From positions 434,001-498,000 of the forward strand of contig CM061254.1 of the NCBI GenBank assembly GCA_022605425.2: DNA of 64,000 bases. Reading direction: 5' to 3'. Position numbers and translations under genes: made by a program. The notes below the pieces were generated by a model. The model was not told the origin of the DNA, ran no database searches, and saw only the letters and a list, made by a program, of their open reading frames with translations. This document shows positions 1-12,800 of this stretch, in pieces (the stretch's first letter is position 1; the number at the start of each line of letters is the position of its first letter). The DNA is from Hamiltosporidium tvaerminnensis FI-OER-3-3 (taxonomy: Eukaryota; Fungi; Microsporidia).

Positions 1-1183
1 AATCGAATTATAATCGAATGTAATATAGGCAAATAAGAAAAACAAGAATAAAAGCAAAAAGAAACTTTTCATGAAATACTATCCATTATGAAAGCAACAT
101 GTTGCTAATTAGACCGGTAAGGCGCCGAAGTAAAGCGATATCATGAAAATACAAAGCAGATTATTAAAGACCTATTTGTTAAAACCACTTGGCTTTTGCT
201 CGCAAAAATTTCTAAATCTTTAAAATAGAAAAAATTCAGAAATTTCCTTTAAAACGAGATAAATACATTGCGAATATGAAAAATTAGACCGATAATATAA
301 TGCTATAAAAAATATTCTAGGAGCGATCATTAATCGAAACTATTCATGTGATCGTTTGTTATAAGAAAAGGCTTTAGAAATTTATTTAATAGTTATTCAA
401 ACAAATTTTTACAAAACGAAAAATAGTTTGTAAAAACTGCCAAAGAAATAACCTCCGTCAATAGTCTCAGCTTGTAAAAATTTTCAATTTAAAGATTAAT
501 TTCTAAAATTCCCTCTTTTCTTAAGGTTAAAATTTTACATGTATTTTATTCCTGTCCATTTCTTAACGGTTTTGTAAGTTAATTTTTTGTATTTCTATTT
601 CATAAATAATAAATGGCAAAAATAGTAAATATGTAAATACTTTAAAGAGGAATAGGACTAATAAAGGAATTTAACTCGTACAATTAATCTTTTTTTTATT
701 TGCAGGGTTTATTTGTAAATGAAATTCAGGTATCTTTAAATTAAAAGGTGCAAGAATTTTGTTTGATATTTAAACAATCGACTATAGAATATTCATAATA
801 TATTTCGAAATTGAAAAGGCTACGTTCAACTTAACACATTTAAATATCGATTTTCTTCCAAATAATCAAATATTTTAAATATAATCTTATCTCGTTTAGT
901 TTGAGATAGAATATGTGCGTGTCACGATAATTTGGGTTATTGACTACATGCATGTGAAATTGTAAATTATTTAGCAAAAGAAACATTTCATACATCCAAA
1001 CCAAGATAGTTCGGTTATATTATTCGGAAAAGGCAATGATTCAAACCCCATAATCTTTATTTATCTAGACTTCTGTTGTATTTTCTACGAAATATTGTCA
1101 AAGTTTGCCCTTAAGAGCACTAGATGATACACTTAAACCTACAACGAATTAATTTTATGCTACAATATATAAATATATGGTAT

Positions 1184-1415
1184 TTATTCATCCTTGGCAC
1201 TACAACCCTTTGCGAGCCTTGGCCTTTCTTAGTAATACCGCTCACCAGTCTTTTTCCAGTGGGTTTGTTTACTTATTGGGTTTTGTAACAAGTAGTTTTA
1301 AAGGGTTGATTGTTAGCCCTACGCCTAACCCCAAATGAAAGATCAGTTCCTTTTTTCGCCTCTTACGACAAGCAGAAAATACTCCAAGCCAATTCTGCTT
1401 TCGGCATGGTGGGGA
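1184..1415 (-). mobile_element. Short degenerate RTE-related non-autonomous element (SINE-like; fused 5' and 3' RTE ends)
   Basis: Minus strand reads AAGCAGAA..TTCTGCTTGTCGTAAGAGGCGA, then GGGGTTAGGCGTAGGGCTAACAA (RTE 5'-UTR-like), and ends AAGGCCAAGGCTCGCAAAGGGTTGTAGTGCCAAGGATGAATAAA (RTE 3'-end-like). GC island in AT-rich background. Possible imperfect TSD ATATGGTAT (1175-1183) / ATATAGTAT (1421-1429). Family assignment is from recalled RTE terminal motifs. Confidence 0.55.
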
Positions 1416-2849
1416 AAAAGATATAGTATAGGCATCTAAAAATCGATATGTAAATTTATTAAAAAATTGCTTTGTAAAAAGACTTGAAAAAGAATTTAAA
1501 TGAGTCAGTTTGTGCTATTTGTGATTTTTTAATTGATTTTATAAACTTGCAGCCCGATTGGAACAAAAAAAATTCTGTATGTTTGGTAGCGATTTACGGT
1601 TCTAATAACCTATTTTTATTCGTAGCGACCCAATATTACTGCAATAAGCTAGTAAAGGTCTACTTCTATAGATCTAAAATAAAAAAATATAGTTTAATGA
1701 ATTACCCAAAAATAACCACAACTGTTTCATCGTATTTTTTTAAAAAGATTACGAGTTGCCCACCGATTTGGAATCAAATGATAAGAAAAGAAGCAACTTG
1801 TAGTTCAAAGTAGAAAAACTCATAACACTCGTAAATTTTACCTGAAAAGCCTTCGCATTATAAAAATCTAAAAAATATTTTAATAATTAAATGATGTTTA
1901 TACATTATAAATCGACTGATATTTTATGTTCCTTGATTTCACTTGCTTTATAGCCTCTAGATTCACTTAATAGTTTTATTCGATGAATAAGAAAAAATAA
2001 ATTTAATATTATCTCAGACAAGAAGATCATCCTTGTTTATCCAGAAAGAGTTTAAAACAGTTTGGCATATTAAAGTCGCAAACCAAACACATATTTATAT
2101 AATTTTTATTCAGAAGAGAATTTGAACTTCAAGAAAGATTATAAAACCAATATTACAAGGAAAAATAACTTTACACATGCAGAAAATAGAATTAAAAAAA
2201 CTTAAAAATCTAAATCGGAAACCCAGAACTTACAGAAATAAAAATACTAAATTAAGAATTTTAATCACATCAAAACTTTATAAAGATGCATAAAATAAGC
2301 TTGTATTCAGCTATTACTTCACATAAAACATATGAATAAGACGTTCTGGCTCTTTAATAAAGTTTTATCTTGTCAAATTCAAAATAAACCTGTATTTCTG
2401 ATTACAAAAAAAGTCAAATTAGTGGAAACCTTTCATAACATCAAATTAAAAAGTAAAAAATGATTGTAGATGGGGTTGGGGTTAAAATAAATGTGATTTT
2501 TTTGTCATCACGTGCTATTGTTAAAAATATAAGACAAATTTTGATGCGACTATTGCAAATAATATTAGCTATACTATTAAAAATAAAATTCAAAACCCTT
2601 CTAAATAACTTTAAAGATAGCATAATTTGATTCAAATTGTATTTTTTTGAAAAATCTTTTCTCAAACTTAAATCGGCTGTGTTAAATTCAGTAAAATATT
2701 TTGGTTTCTAGAATTACAAAAAATCAAAAGTAGTAATATTGAAAATCCGAATTCTATTCCAGAATCTTTTGGATTTTATTTCATTCTTTTCATTCTTATT
2801 ATCTTTTTAATTGATGTTTAATCTTTAATCCAAAAAATATACCCACAAA

Positions 2850-3671
2850 ATGTACCGAAGAAAACCAATACAATCAAAAAATCCGGAGATTTCTTTTTGC
2901 TTAGTTATATCTACACCCCAAGGAACAGAACCGGTATAAATTATGGCTTAGAAAGACAAAAAAATTTTTATCTAATAATTTATTTTTCCTATTTTATGTT
3001 ATAAGGGATTTGATAATCGTTTTTTTTCTCGAAAAAATTTTAAATCAAAATTTACAAATAAAAAATATTTTCTTTGTTGCATTAGCTCATATATATCAAA
3101 AAATATATTTTTCTAATTCCGATTTTGATTTCTATGGTCGCTTGATACCAACCGACAAATACATGATTAGCCTTAAAATTTGTATGTTATTTACATATTT
3201 TATTAATTCACTAGCCAATTTTTCTCTTGAATCCGAAAAAATGGTTAATTTTAGAATCAATAACGAATTCATTGCTGGAGTTGTGGGTACACTATGGTCA
3301 TTATCATCATATTATATGTTCTATTTTACTAGGAAATTCTTCCCCATTTTTCTTGATGAATATCGAAACACTAAGAATTTATTAATAATTTCCTTAATTT
3401 TTTTAAGTTTCTTTGTTGTCATTTCATCCTACGAAATTACCTTGTTCCTTGCAAATTTATTTAAAAATTTTGAATTTCTGCTTTTAGTACCTTCCTATAT
3501 TGTTATAGGCTTAACATATTATTTAACTATGGAACCTTCATATGGATACCATGATTTTATACTCTTTTTTTACATTTCGGTGGTTTAATTTGTATGCAAT
3601 GGCCATTCATAGTTAAAATCCTCCAAAGTGTTTCCATAAAATTTATTTCTCATCAAATAAACGAAATCTGA
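2850..3671 (+). pseudogene. Multi-pass membrane protein family paralog 1, frameshifted twice (pseudogene or sequencing error)
   Basis: ATG at 2850 is preceded by CCC (acccacaaaATG). A frameshift near 2920 leads into the family motif YKLWLRKTKKF. Core ORF 3010-3588 has FFVALAHIYQ and LVPSYIVIGL. A second frameshift near 3570-3590 precedes ICMQWPFIV...HQINEI*, ending at 3671. Confidence 0.8.
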
Positions 3672-6600
3672 AATATTAATAGAAATATATTTTTCATTTT
3701 TTTGGTAAAATAATATTTGTTTCGTTTATAGATTACCGACAAATTTCATTACGTTTTTATAAGTATCCGAGGTTTTTCTCAACCAAATAGGTACAATATC
3801 AGTAAGTAAAGAAAGTTACAATACTATCTTTATGTTAAATTTTAAAATTAAGCACGGGATTTTTGCATATAAGTCCGGAACTATAAGTGAAACCATCACT
3901 TGGTACTGGCAAATCATTACAATTCATATTACACTTATTAAATGCGCGATATAATTAAAAAGGCAAATTATAATATAATTTACGACAAAGGCTCCGTGAT
4001 CTTTTGATATATATTACAAAAGTATTTTCTAAAGTAGCTTTTAAATATTTTTATTCATTTGCTCGAATATTTTTTTGAAGAAAGTAGATTAATAAACCGA
4101 GCAAAGATACATTCATGAAAGTACTTTTAGAAACAGAAGTTTCAGGAAAAAAATACTTTAATTGCATTTTTCAACAAAATTTACATGGATTGTAATTAAG
4201 AACTAATTTTAAATTTATTACCGAAAATTTAATATTTCGAAATAATAAGTTTATTGAATCAACCTAGGTGTATTACTAATATTCATGGGCAAAACGTTAA
4301 ACTTGGAATATAATTTATTATAGAATCATTTAAAAATAAATAAAAAATTGAATATTTTAAGTGTTTGAAAATTTTATTGTATTGAATGAACTATAACTTA
4401 TGTAAAAAATAAATGTGTGTAGTTGTTGTATTCTATTAAATAATTATGGGCAATAGAATTCCCTTATAAAATATAAAATTTTATTATTCAAACTCCAACG
4501 GTGGAAGAAAAGAAAAGAAGAATTGGTATATTAATTTGCTAAATCTTTCTTTAATCAAAACAAATCTTTGGTTACACGGGTTAACAACCTCTTTTATTCA
4601 ATAATAGAGCCAGCTTCTATGAAAGATACCTTTTATCTGAGTACCTAAAGAGAGGTTAGGACAGCTGCAAGGATTGAAAGTACAAAAATTTACACGTAGG
4701 TTTTTTAATTTAAGTTACGGTAAAGCATTAATGAATATTAAAGGATTTTTTGATCCAAATATTCAAATCTCATAAAAAATAATAATTTAATATATAATCA
4801 GAATATATCTAAATGGAAGTGTAAAACATTGTTTCCTACGAATGAATGTATCTTTTATAAATAAATCAACCTTTCAAATTATTTCCATACCATATTAAAG
4901 TATAACTAAAGTTATAACTTATTTTTTTATGAGTCATTTGTCATTGTTTATATTTTAATGTATTTTGAGTCTGAATTAAATTTAAAATAAACTTTGTAAT
5001 TTAATTCAAAAAAACTGATTGTCTATGATTTTAAATATATTTAGATGTAGTTCTAAAACACTTTTTTGGAACTCTTAGATAAAATTTTTCAGTTTTGAAA
5101 TTATTTTTAAAAATCATACATTTACCTTAAAAAATGATAAAAAAAAATAAAAATTTTTGTAAATAAAAGAAAGCCATCGATTTTGGAAACTTTTAATCCC
5201 AGAAAAATTCAATATTGTTGTTTTCAAACTGTCAAAAAAATGCTTACTATGAATTAAAAGGTTTTTTTTCTATCCTATGTTTTGAATATTTGAAATAATT
5301 TTTCTAGATTTTATATTACCTAAAATACTGTTTTTCTGACACTAATATATGAAATTTATTGTCAAGATTACCATATATAATTTGTTTATCAATATTCTAA
5401 TCGGAAAAAATTTCTATATTTTCTTATGAAAATAATTTGTTGATGCTTCAAATAGATTAAATTTAGTTAAATGAAAGTTTAGTGTCTATAGAAAATATTC
5501 AAGTCGATAGCGTAGTGTGTATTATTGAAAATTGTGTTTAATAAAATATTACGTGAATTATAATAACAAGCTTTGTTTTCAAAATTTAAAAACCAGTGAT
5601 AAATACAGGGAAGTTGAATTCGATACACCTACATTTCGATACATTATATTTGATAAGTATTTGTTATATCTACATATTTTCAATCAAATATAATGATTAA
5701 TTCCTAATTTTAATTAATATCTAAAAGGGAATATTTAGTTAGTTTCCCAAATTTCATAATTTTCATTTTTAAAACCATAAATGATATAAAATTTATTTAA
5801 TATGTGACATTTCACTCTTGTTTTTATAGGTCGAATTTTCTACTCGTTGTACTTCCTATTCGAATATTTTATAGATTCTGTGTCAAGAATTTTAGTTCAA
5901 AGATTTTGTTTTCATTTTTTTGCACAATAATTTAGGAATTGATATTTATCATTATTCACTTAGTCGGTGGCACATTTCTGCAATAGATCTATATACTTTA
6001 CCATGTTTCAGCGTCTTATATCACCGCATTAGACGATCTTTGAATGCAGAGGTCTCCAAAAATTTTTCAGGTTTAATTGAACGCCCAAAATAGAAATTCT
6101 ATTCTTCAAAAAAATTGGATTCTTTATAAAAAGCTAATAATATTTTCGTAATCTTTAGTTCTAAATATGGTTTAAGCATCATCTTGTTTAACAAACTGAA
6201 AAGAATAACTTTTTACTTTCATTATTTTAAATTCCATGAAATAAAGTATTGAATTCGATCTTTAAAATATTATATGCTGATTGAAGATTCTATCAAATAA
6301 AAGTTTATATGATAAAGTAAATCTGGAAATATTAAGAATTTTAGTTGAAATTAAATACAATCAAGTAAATAACAACAAACGGAATGTGATCACATATATT
6401 TTCACATAAATTTTTTTTTCCTTCTACTTTTCAAATAAAATATTTACTATTTGGTTTTCTCGATCGTGTTTTTGTTTCTTTTTATACATCTCTAGTTGTT
6501 TTATTTGAACTGAAATTTATTATAAGTTGTTTTAAATTTGAAGAATGCTTTGTTTCGGTCATTTTAGCCACTTTCTAGGATCGATTAATTATGTTATACA

Positions 6601-7919
6601 ATTATTTAACGATCTTCTCTATTTCTAAATATATGTAGTAGCTGTTATTACGTGTGGCAATTAAATTCTTGCATAACATTTACCGATATAAGTACTTTTT
6701 CTCGTAGCAGTTCTCTACGTTAATCGGTGACAATTAAAGAATTTCAACTGTTTTGTCTACTTTCGACTAAATTTAAATCTATTTTTTCAATATCTGAAGC
6801 TTTATAAGATACATTCTACAATATTTATTTAGAATAAAAATTAGGATTATCACATTTAAAATTTAATATAAATTACACTGCTAAACAAATTAAAATTATC
6901 GATAGCGTGTTTAACTTCATAATATTCGATTTCAAAAACCCGAAGCTAATCATGTGAAATGGTTTAATTAAATTAGTATAATCTATTTAATATTTTATAT
7001 AAATGAGTTTTCTGGTCTATTATATCGAAATTGTACATTTGTTATTCTAACGGTATCTACTCTTATTCTGAAAACTCATTTCCAAGAATTTTTTAAACTT
7101 CACGCCTCTAATTTGTTAGAAAAACTTTAATTTGTATTCATCAATAATTAGAGCTAAACGCCAAACTAATATATTTAATGGTTATGAAACAGAAAAGTTT
7201 ATAAATTCAAATTTTATTTATTATTATTAACTAACGGTTTATAAGAAGTATAATTCGAGATTTATCAATTCTAATGTTAACAAATCTTATGATAACTTTT
7301 AAATAAAAAATTACATAAAAGTAAACTATTAATTAATTCAGTTACCATTTTTCATCAAAAAAGATTTTACCAAATTTTGTTCCAACCAAAAATTTAAATA
7401 AATAACCAACAAAAACCTTTAAAATAAACTAAAAAATTTGTCAAAAGGTATAAAGTAGTACTAAATCTAATATTAAAACGGTTCTACACCTTTGAAAAAT
7501 ATATCAAATTAGATTCTTTTTATAGTATAAAGGCTTTATAAAAAAAATGGTCGAAAGCTTTGATTCTATAATATTTGCTTATTGATTAACTATGTATTGA
7601 ATCTTTTTTTACGTTTTGTTTTAAATTATAATTAAAATTATGTTTTTAAACTATCATAAATAAAGAAACAATGTATTTGGTTTTTTGGAAATAAATATAA
7701 ATTATATTTTAAACTTCTAAATGAAATATATTTTACTACTAAATATAGAAATATGAATTATATTTGAAATATTTTAATTATCTTAGATTAGAATTTTAGT
7801 AGTTTATATTTTTAATTTGTTTTTTGTTCTTTGTTAAAAATTTTGAATTTTTTTAAACGCTTAAGTATTTTTTAAGTAGAAACATAATTTTATAAAATAT
7901 TTTATATCCGAAATATATG

Positions 7920-8490
7920 GAAATAGACCTGCCAAAGATCTCAAGAGGGAAATGCTGCTATGAAAGATTGAATGAAAGTCTTATAAAGGAATTTCTTTAG
8001 AAAGAAAAGGAGGCACACTGTAACAAAGATGGCCGTATACTCCAATATATATGTTACTACTCTGAGATAAAGATGCGAATTTGGCCGTTTTCTTCTGGGA
8101 GGTGTAGCAAAATCCAAGGTACCGAAATTTAGTTCTAGTGACGCACAGTAGAAAAAATTAGAAAAGTACTAAGATGTATCCGATAAATTATGATAATTCA
8201 ACGGTATCTTTATTGACAGATAAACGGTAAAAATCATTTTGATTTGGACATGTAAGCAGACTGGAAAATAAAAGGATTTCAGAAGCAAAATTAAAGCAGA
8301 ATAAACTCAAAAGACCACAAGTAGATGATGGCATGTATGGCTTGATTACTTTAAATTGGTTTTCTCTAGGAATAATAGATCCGGAAAGTGCCAAAAGATT
8401 GACCGGCAACAGAAAGGTTGGTATTCCTTCTGTTAATACTAAAACAAAGATTTACGGGATGACGCGAATAAAGGAGTAAGTAATAAATAA
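7920..8490 (+). mobile_element. Decayed RTE-clade LINE 3' fragment
   Basis: From 8243 it translates to FGHVSRLENKRIS...KRPQ, resembling the RTE C-terminal WFGHVxR...RPxxRW motif. Many stops. Ends in a GTAAGTAA-type tail at ~8477-8485. Boundaries approximate. Confidence 0.5.
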
Positions 8491-9072
8491 TGATAAAAGA
8501 AAACAATTTTTAGAAATCTTCACTGGTATTTAATGCTAGTTTTACTTTACTATTTAAATTTGTAGATTTAATTCATAACCACAGTCTTCAGATTTATAAA
8601 TATTTTTTTCGGATTTTTAATTTCTTTATTGTAAAAAAAATATCTTAAAACATCAAAAAATTCAATCAATTTGATTTATCCGTAAATTTGAAATTTATTT
8701 GTTAAAATCAGATCTAGTTCGGCAAAAATCATGATTCTCTTTTATGTTAAATTGAAAACACATTAAATTTCAACGAAAGTGTACAAAATTCACAGCTTTC
8801 AAACATTTTGTACCAGCCATTAGAAATTATGAACATAAATCTATATTTAATCACGAACCATATGCAATATTTTACTATTTATTACAATTTGTAATAGCTT
8901 TGTTATCATTCAAAATATAAATTATATGAATTACCATATAAGTTCTGATGGTTTATTCTCCAATTTTGGTCAAATCAAGTCAATTCTGTAAAATTTTAAT
9001 GAATGTTTTTTTAAATTCTAAATGTGGAATATTTACTAAACATAAATCAAATTAAATTCAAAATCCCTCATA

Positions 9073-9891
9073 ATGAACACGATGAGAGCAGAATATCAAA
9101 GTTTGGAAACACCTAGTATAGCTTCTGGTGAAAAAATGAAAACGGGTATTAAATGGTATAAAACATGGTACTTTGCTACCAAAAAATTTTTATTGGATTT
9201 CTTATCTTTCCGTGAGGTTGTTGCTATTGATTTGATTATTGTTTGTTTCTTTGAAATTATATTTCTCAGAACAATACGAATAGGAAGACTGTTTTTCGTT
9301 ACAGTCGCACATTTATTTTTAAAATCTTTCTTAGAAGAAAGTTCTCACTATTTTTATGGTAATATTATGTCGGGCAACAAAGATTTTGCTTACCTAAGAA
9401 TCCTTATAAGAGTCTCATATTTTGTTATTTCAATTATTGATTTTCTTCTTAAAGATGTACTTGAAAATTTTTATGTAACTAATAACTATTTCATTGCATT
9501 CGTTATATATTCGCTTTGGTCAATTTTTTCTTTTTTTAGTCTTTTATTTCTGGTTAGATTGTATCCCTTCTGTGTAATATGTGAAGGTGCACCAAAAAAG
9601 GAATTTATGTTTTTAACACTTCCTTTTTTTGTTTTCATCGAGGTATCGTATGAAATCAGTGCTCTTTTAGCACATATATGCTCGAATTTTGAATTTATGC
9701 ATGCATTACCATCATATCTAGTAGTTTCTGTTTTTTCTTGCATATTAGGAATCTTTGCAGCTGAACTAAATGATCATTTCATTATATTTTGCAGTTTTAT
9801 GGTTTATACTTGCATGAATTGGCAATTTCTATTCAATTTGCTGAAATTTATTTGGTATAGCTTTGGTTCGCATCAAATAAATCTAAGTTAA
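9073..9891 (+). CDS. Multi-pass membrane protein family paralog 2 (272 aa, most divergent member)
   Basis: Intact ORF with CCC motif upstream (aatccctcataATG). Shared motifs WYKTWY..TKKF, AIDLIIV, LFFVTVAH, SYE, LPSYLVV, MNWQF. About 7-8 hydrophobic segments. Confidence 0.88.
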   Translation: MNTMRAEYQSLETPSIASGEKMKTGIKWYKTWYFATKKFLLDFLSFREVVAIDLIIVCFFEIIFLRTIRIGRLFFVTVAHLFLKSFLEESSHYFYGNIMSGNKDFAYLRILIRVSYFVISIIDFLLKDVLENFYVTNNYFIAFVIYSLWSIFSFFSLLFLVRLYPFCVICEGAPKKEFMFLTLPFFVFIEVSYEISALLAHICSNFEFMHALPSYLVVSVFSCILGIFAAELNDHFIIFCSFMVYTCMNWQFLFNLLKFIWYSFGSHQINLS

Positions 9892-12800
9892 AAGTAAATT
9901 TATTTTTATTTTAATTTTATTGAAAGTATTATAATATACATATTTTTTAATATTATAACCATTTTAAAAAAATAATAATATTTTTTAATTTATTTAATAT
10001 TTAATTAAAAAACAGAAATAATTTTTTTTACAATTTTAAAACAAAAATTTTTTTTCTTTTAAATGTATTTCCCCGATTAATCTTTATTCGATTAATTGGT
10101 AATGTTTTCTGAAATATTTTACCCGCGCTACATACTTATCTTTCAAAGTACAATTTACGGGATATAAATATTCTTTTAACATGTAATTATCTCATAATTA
10201 TACGTTCAAATTTTGGGTCTAACACTGCGAAAATAATAGAATCTATAAAAAAAAAATAAGAAATTTATTAAAGAAAAACATTCCATGAAACCAAAGTAGT
10301 AACTAACGGGGGAGTCAACGGCATCTCGCTCAAAAAGATGTTCTTCTTACGATGTCAAGTTACAACCACCAGATCTTTTGGCATGTCTAACATTTAATGG
10401 CACATATCTTCGATAAAAACGAGAGTTCAATATTAGACCAATGATCCTGTCTTACAAATTTGATTGTTAATAACTGAAATACGAAATAGATAAAATATTT
10501 TGAGCAGATTGAAAGCAAAAAATGAATAATGAATCATATTTGCTTATAAAATTAAATTCATCAACAAGCCGTTCGACCTGAGGGTACTTTGGATTAAAAA
10601 AATCGGTGTGTGAACTAAATTTTTTGTGCGAAAGTGAAATTTGAAGCTTCTTCAGTAAACTTTAGTAAATATCTATTGCATTAGACTACTAAATCTGATA
10701 ATTATGCCATATCTGGGAAATTTTGACGGTCTAGAGAATTTGCATGTAATTTTTGTAACCTAAATACAAAATATCTCACTATATTTCTTGCATGCTACAG
10801 ACTGCTATTAAGAAATTCCGAGAAAATTTTTAACATTAATTTTCGGATATTAAAAATCAAAACTTTATATTCTGTTGCTAAAAATTTCTATAGATCTTAT
10901 CAAAAAAATCCATAAAATAAAAGAATTGAAAATAAAGAAAGATGCGACAGTAATTAGTATTTTTGTCTATCAGAATGATGCATTGTAGCAATGCGACAAA
11001 GAAAGTCAACATAAAAAATGTTTTTTTTTTTCAAAATCTGAGTTATCTCATAAAGAAAATCTCTTCTAGGCAATATTAATGTATACGCTCGTGATATTTT
11101 ATGCGTAGACTTATCTCTCATTTATTTTTTGGTTATAAAATGCAGTAAAGTTCGCCTTAATGTTTTTCTCGGAATGAATTCGAAAAAGCTGCAATTCATG
11201 ACAAACTAACTCGAAAGCAAGGAAAGCTTTAACTTATTATTTGTATTCTGAAAGTAAATATTCGCATCAAAAAAAACTGCGATTTTTATTTCATGGAATA
11301 GAAAATATAAAAATTAATGATTTTCTGCGCAGATGCATATAATGAAATTATACTAGAATCTAATGGAAAACGAAAAGATACTAACATTTATTAGAAGCAT
11401 AATTTAAAAAATGTTTGTATATTCACATAGAAACGGGATACATGTGGAACTAATAGCATTTATAAACAAGCTAGTTTCGATGAATATAGTCTTAAGCAGT
11501 AAATACAAAATCTATTTTTTCGATTATTTCAAAGCGAGAAACACCTTTACAGGAACAGACAATATATCCAAAAAATATTTAATTTTGGCAGAATAAAGGC
11601 CGGTCTTAAGAGACTAAAGAAAATTATAACAGAGATTCTTTATAACAGAAATCTTATTAAATAAAAATTTGTTAGTCTTTAAAAGAGGATCATACGAAAC
11701 CTTCATTTTTAACGATATTGTTTTTTTCTGAATAATTTAAAGGCATTACCAATGTTTTCATGACACTTTTTTCTACTATTTCATTTAATACGCTAATTTG
11801 GTAACGAGATTCTGTTATGATCATTCAAACGTATAATATTGATTTAATCCTAAAATCATTTATGATTTCTGATAATATTTAATAAAAGATTTGTTTGAAA
11901 TAGGAAGTAATTATGAAATTTAATGTTTATAAGTTAAATAAACACCATTCAAGTAGTTGTATAAGACTCGTTCTTTTTTAAAAAATATCAAAACATAAAC
12001 TAGGAATCAAAAACATAATATTTTATTTTTTAGAAGAATTCATTTGAATCAAATAACGTACTAGCGATAAAAATCTTAGCGTTTTACTCTGAAAATTAAA
12101 AAAAAATAACTTAAAGGGAAACAAAATGATAAATTAAAATGGAAGTTATACAGTAGAATTGGAAATGTAGTACAGTTATACACATTTCAGACAGCTTATT
12201 CTTAGTTACTAAAACAAATCAAATAATAATCAACTTAATAAAAATATCTATCGAATTGAATTTAGTTTAATCCCAAGATAAGAAATAAACCGAAATCAAA
12301 CAGAAAACAAACATAAAAGATTGTCTAATCCTCGTAAAATACATACAAAAAATGAAAATACTTGAATAATATTCTTATTTTGCAATTAAATTTCTACACT
12401 CGTTGTAAAATAAGTCATTGTGATTGAAAATGTTTTTGGTGGAATTTGAATGTAAATTTTTGCAAACTTTTCACGTTTAATTGTATAAATTATCGGTTTT
12501 AAATTTAATTTAAAACATACTAAAGTAAATAATAAAATCTACTCTTTAAAATTCTAGAAAGAATATCGTTAGTACTTTATTCAGAAGATAATAGAAATAT
12601 TCTATTACAAAATCGTGTAATGTCATCGAGAAACGCACTTATGAATATTTAATTTGTGTGAAAAATGTAAGTCGTTTATGATAGTTTTAGATTATGAGCT
12701 AGTTATCTGTTAAATTAAGTCGAAAATCTTATCGGATCAATATTACTGGGTATAGCAGAACATAAGAATTCGTAACTTTAATCTATATATTATAAATATT

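Noticed and set aside
1484-1813. 109-aa ORF and other short ORFs in 1-34 kb (2441, 11411, 19080, 19130, 25091, 25125, 26410, 28762, 30216)
   Set aside because: Mostly TTG/GTG starts, F/I/K/L-rich composition expected from AT-rich noise, no recognisable motifs.
5603-5865. Possible Tc1/mariner-type MITE (TACAG...TTCGATAC repeats)
   Set aside because: Terminal inverted repeats too degenerate to support.
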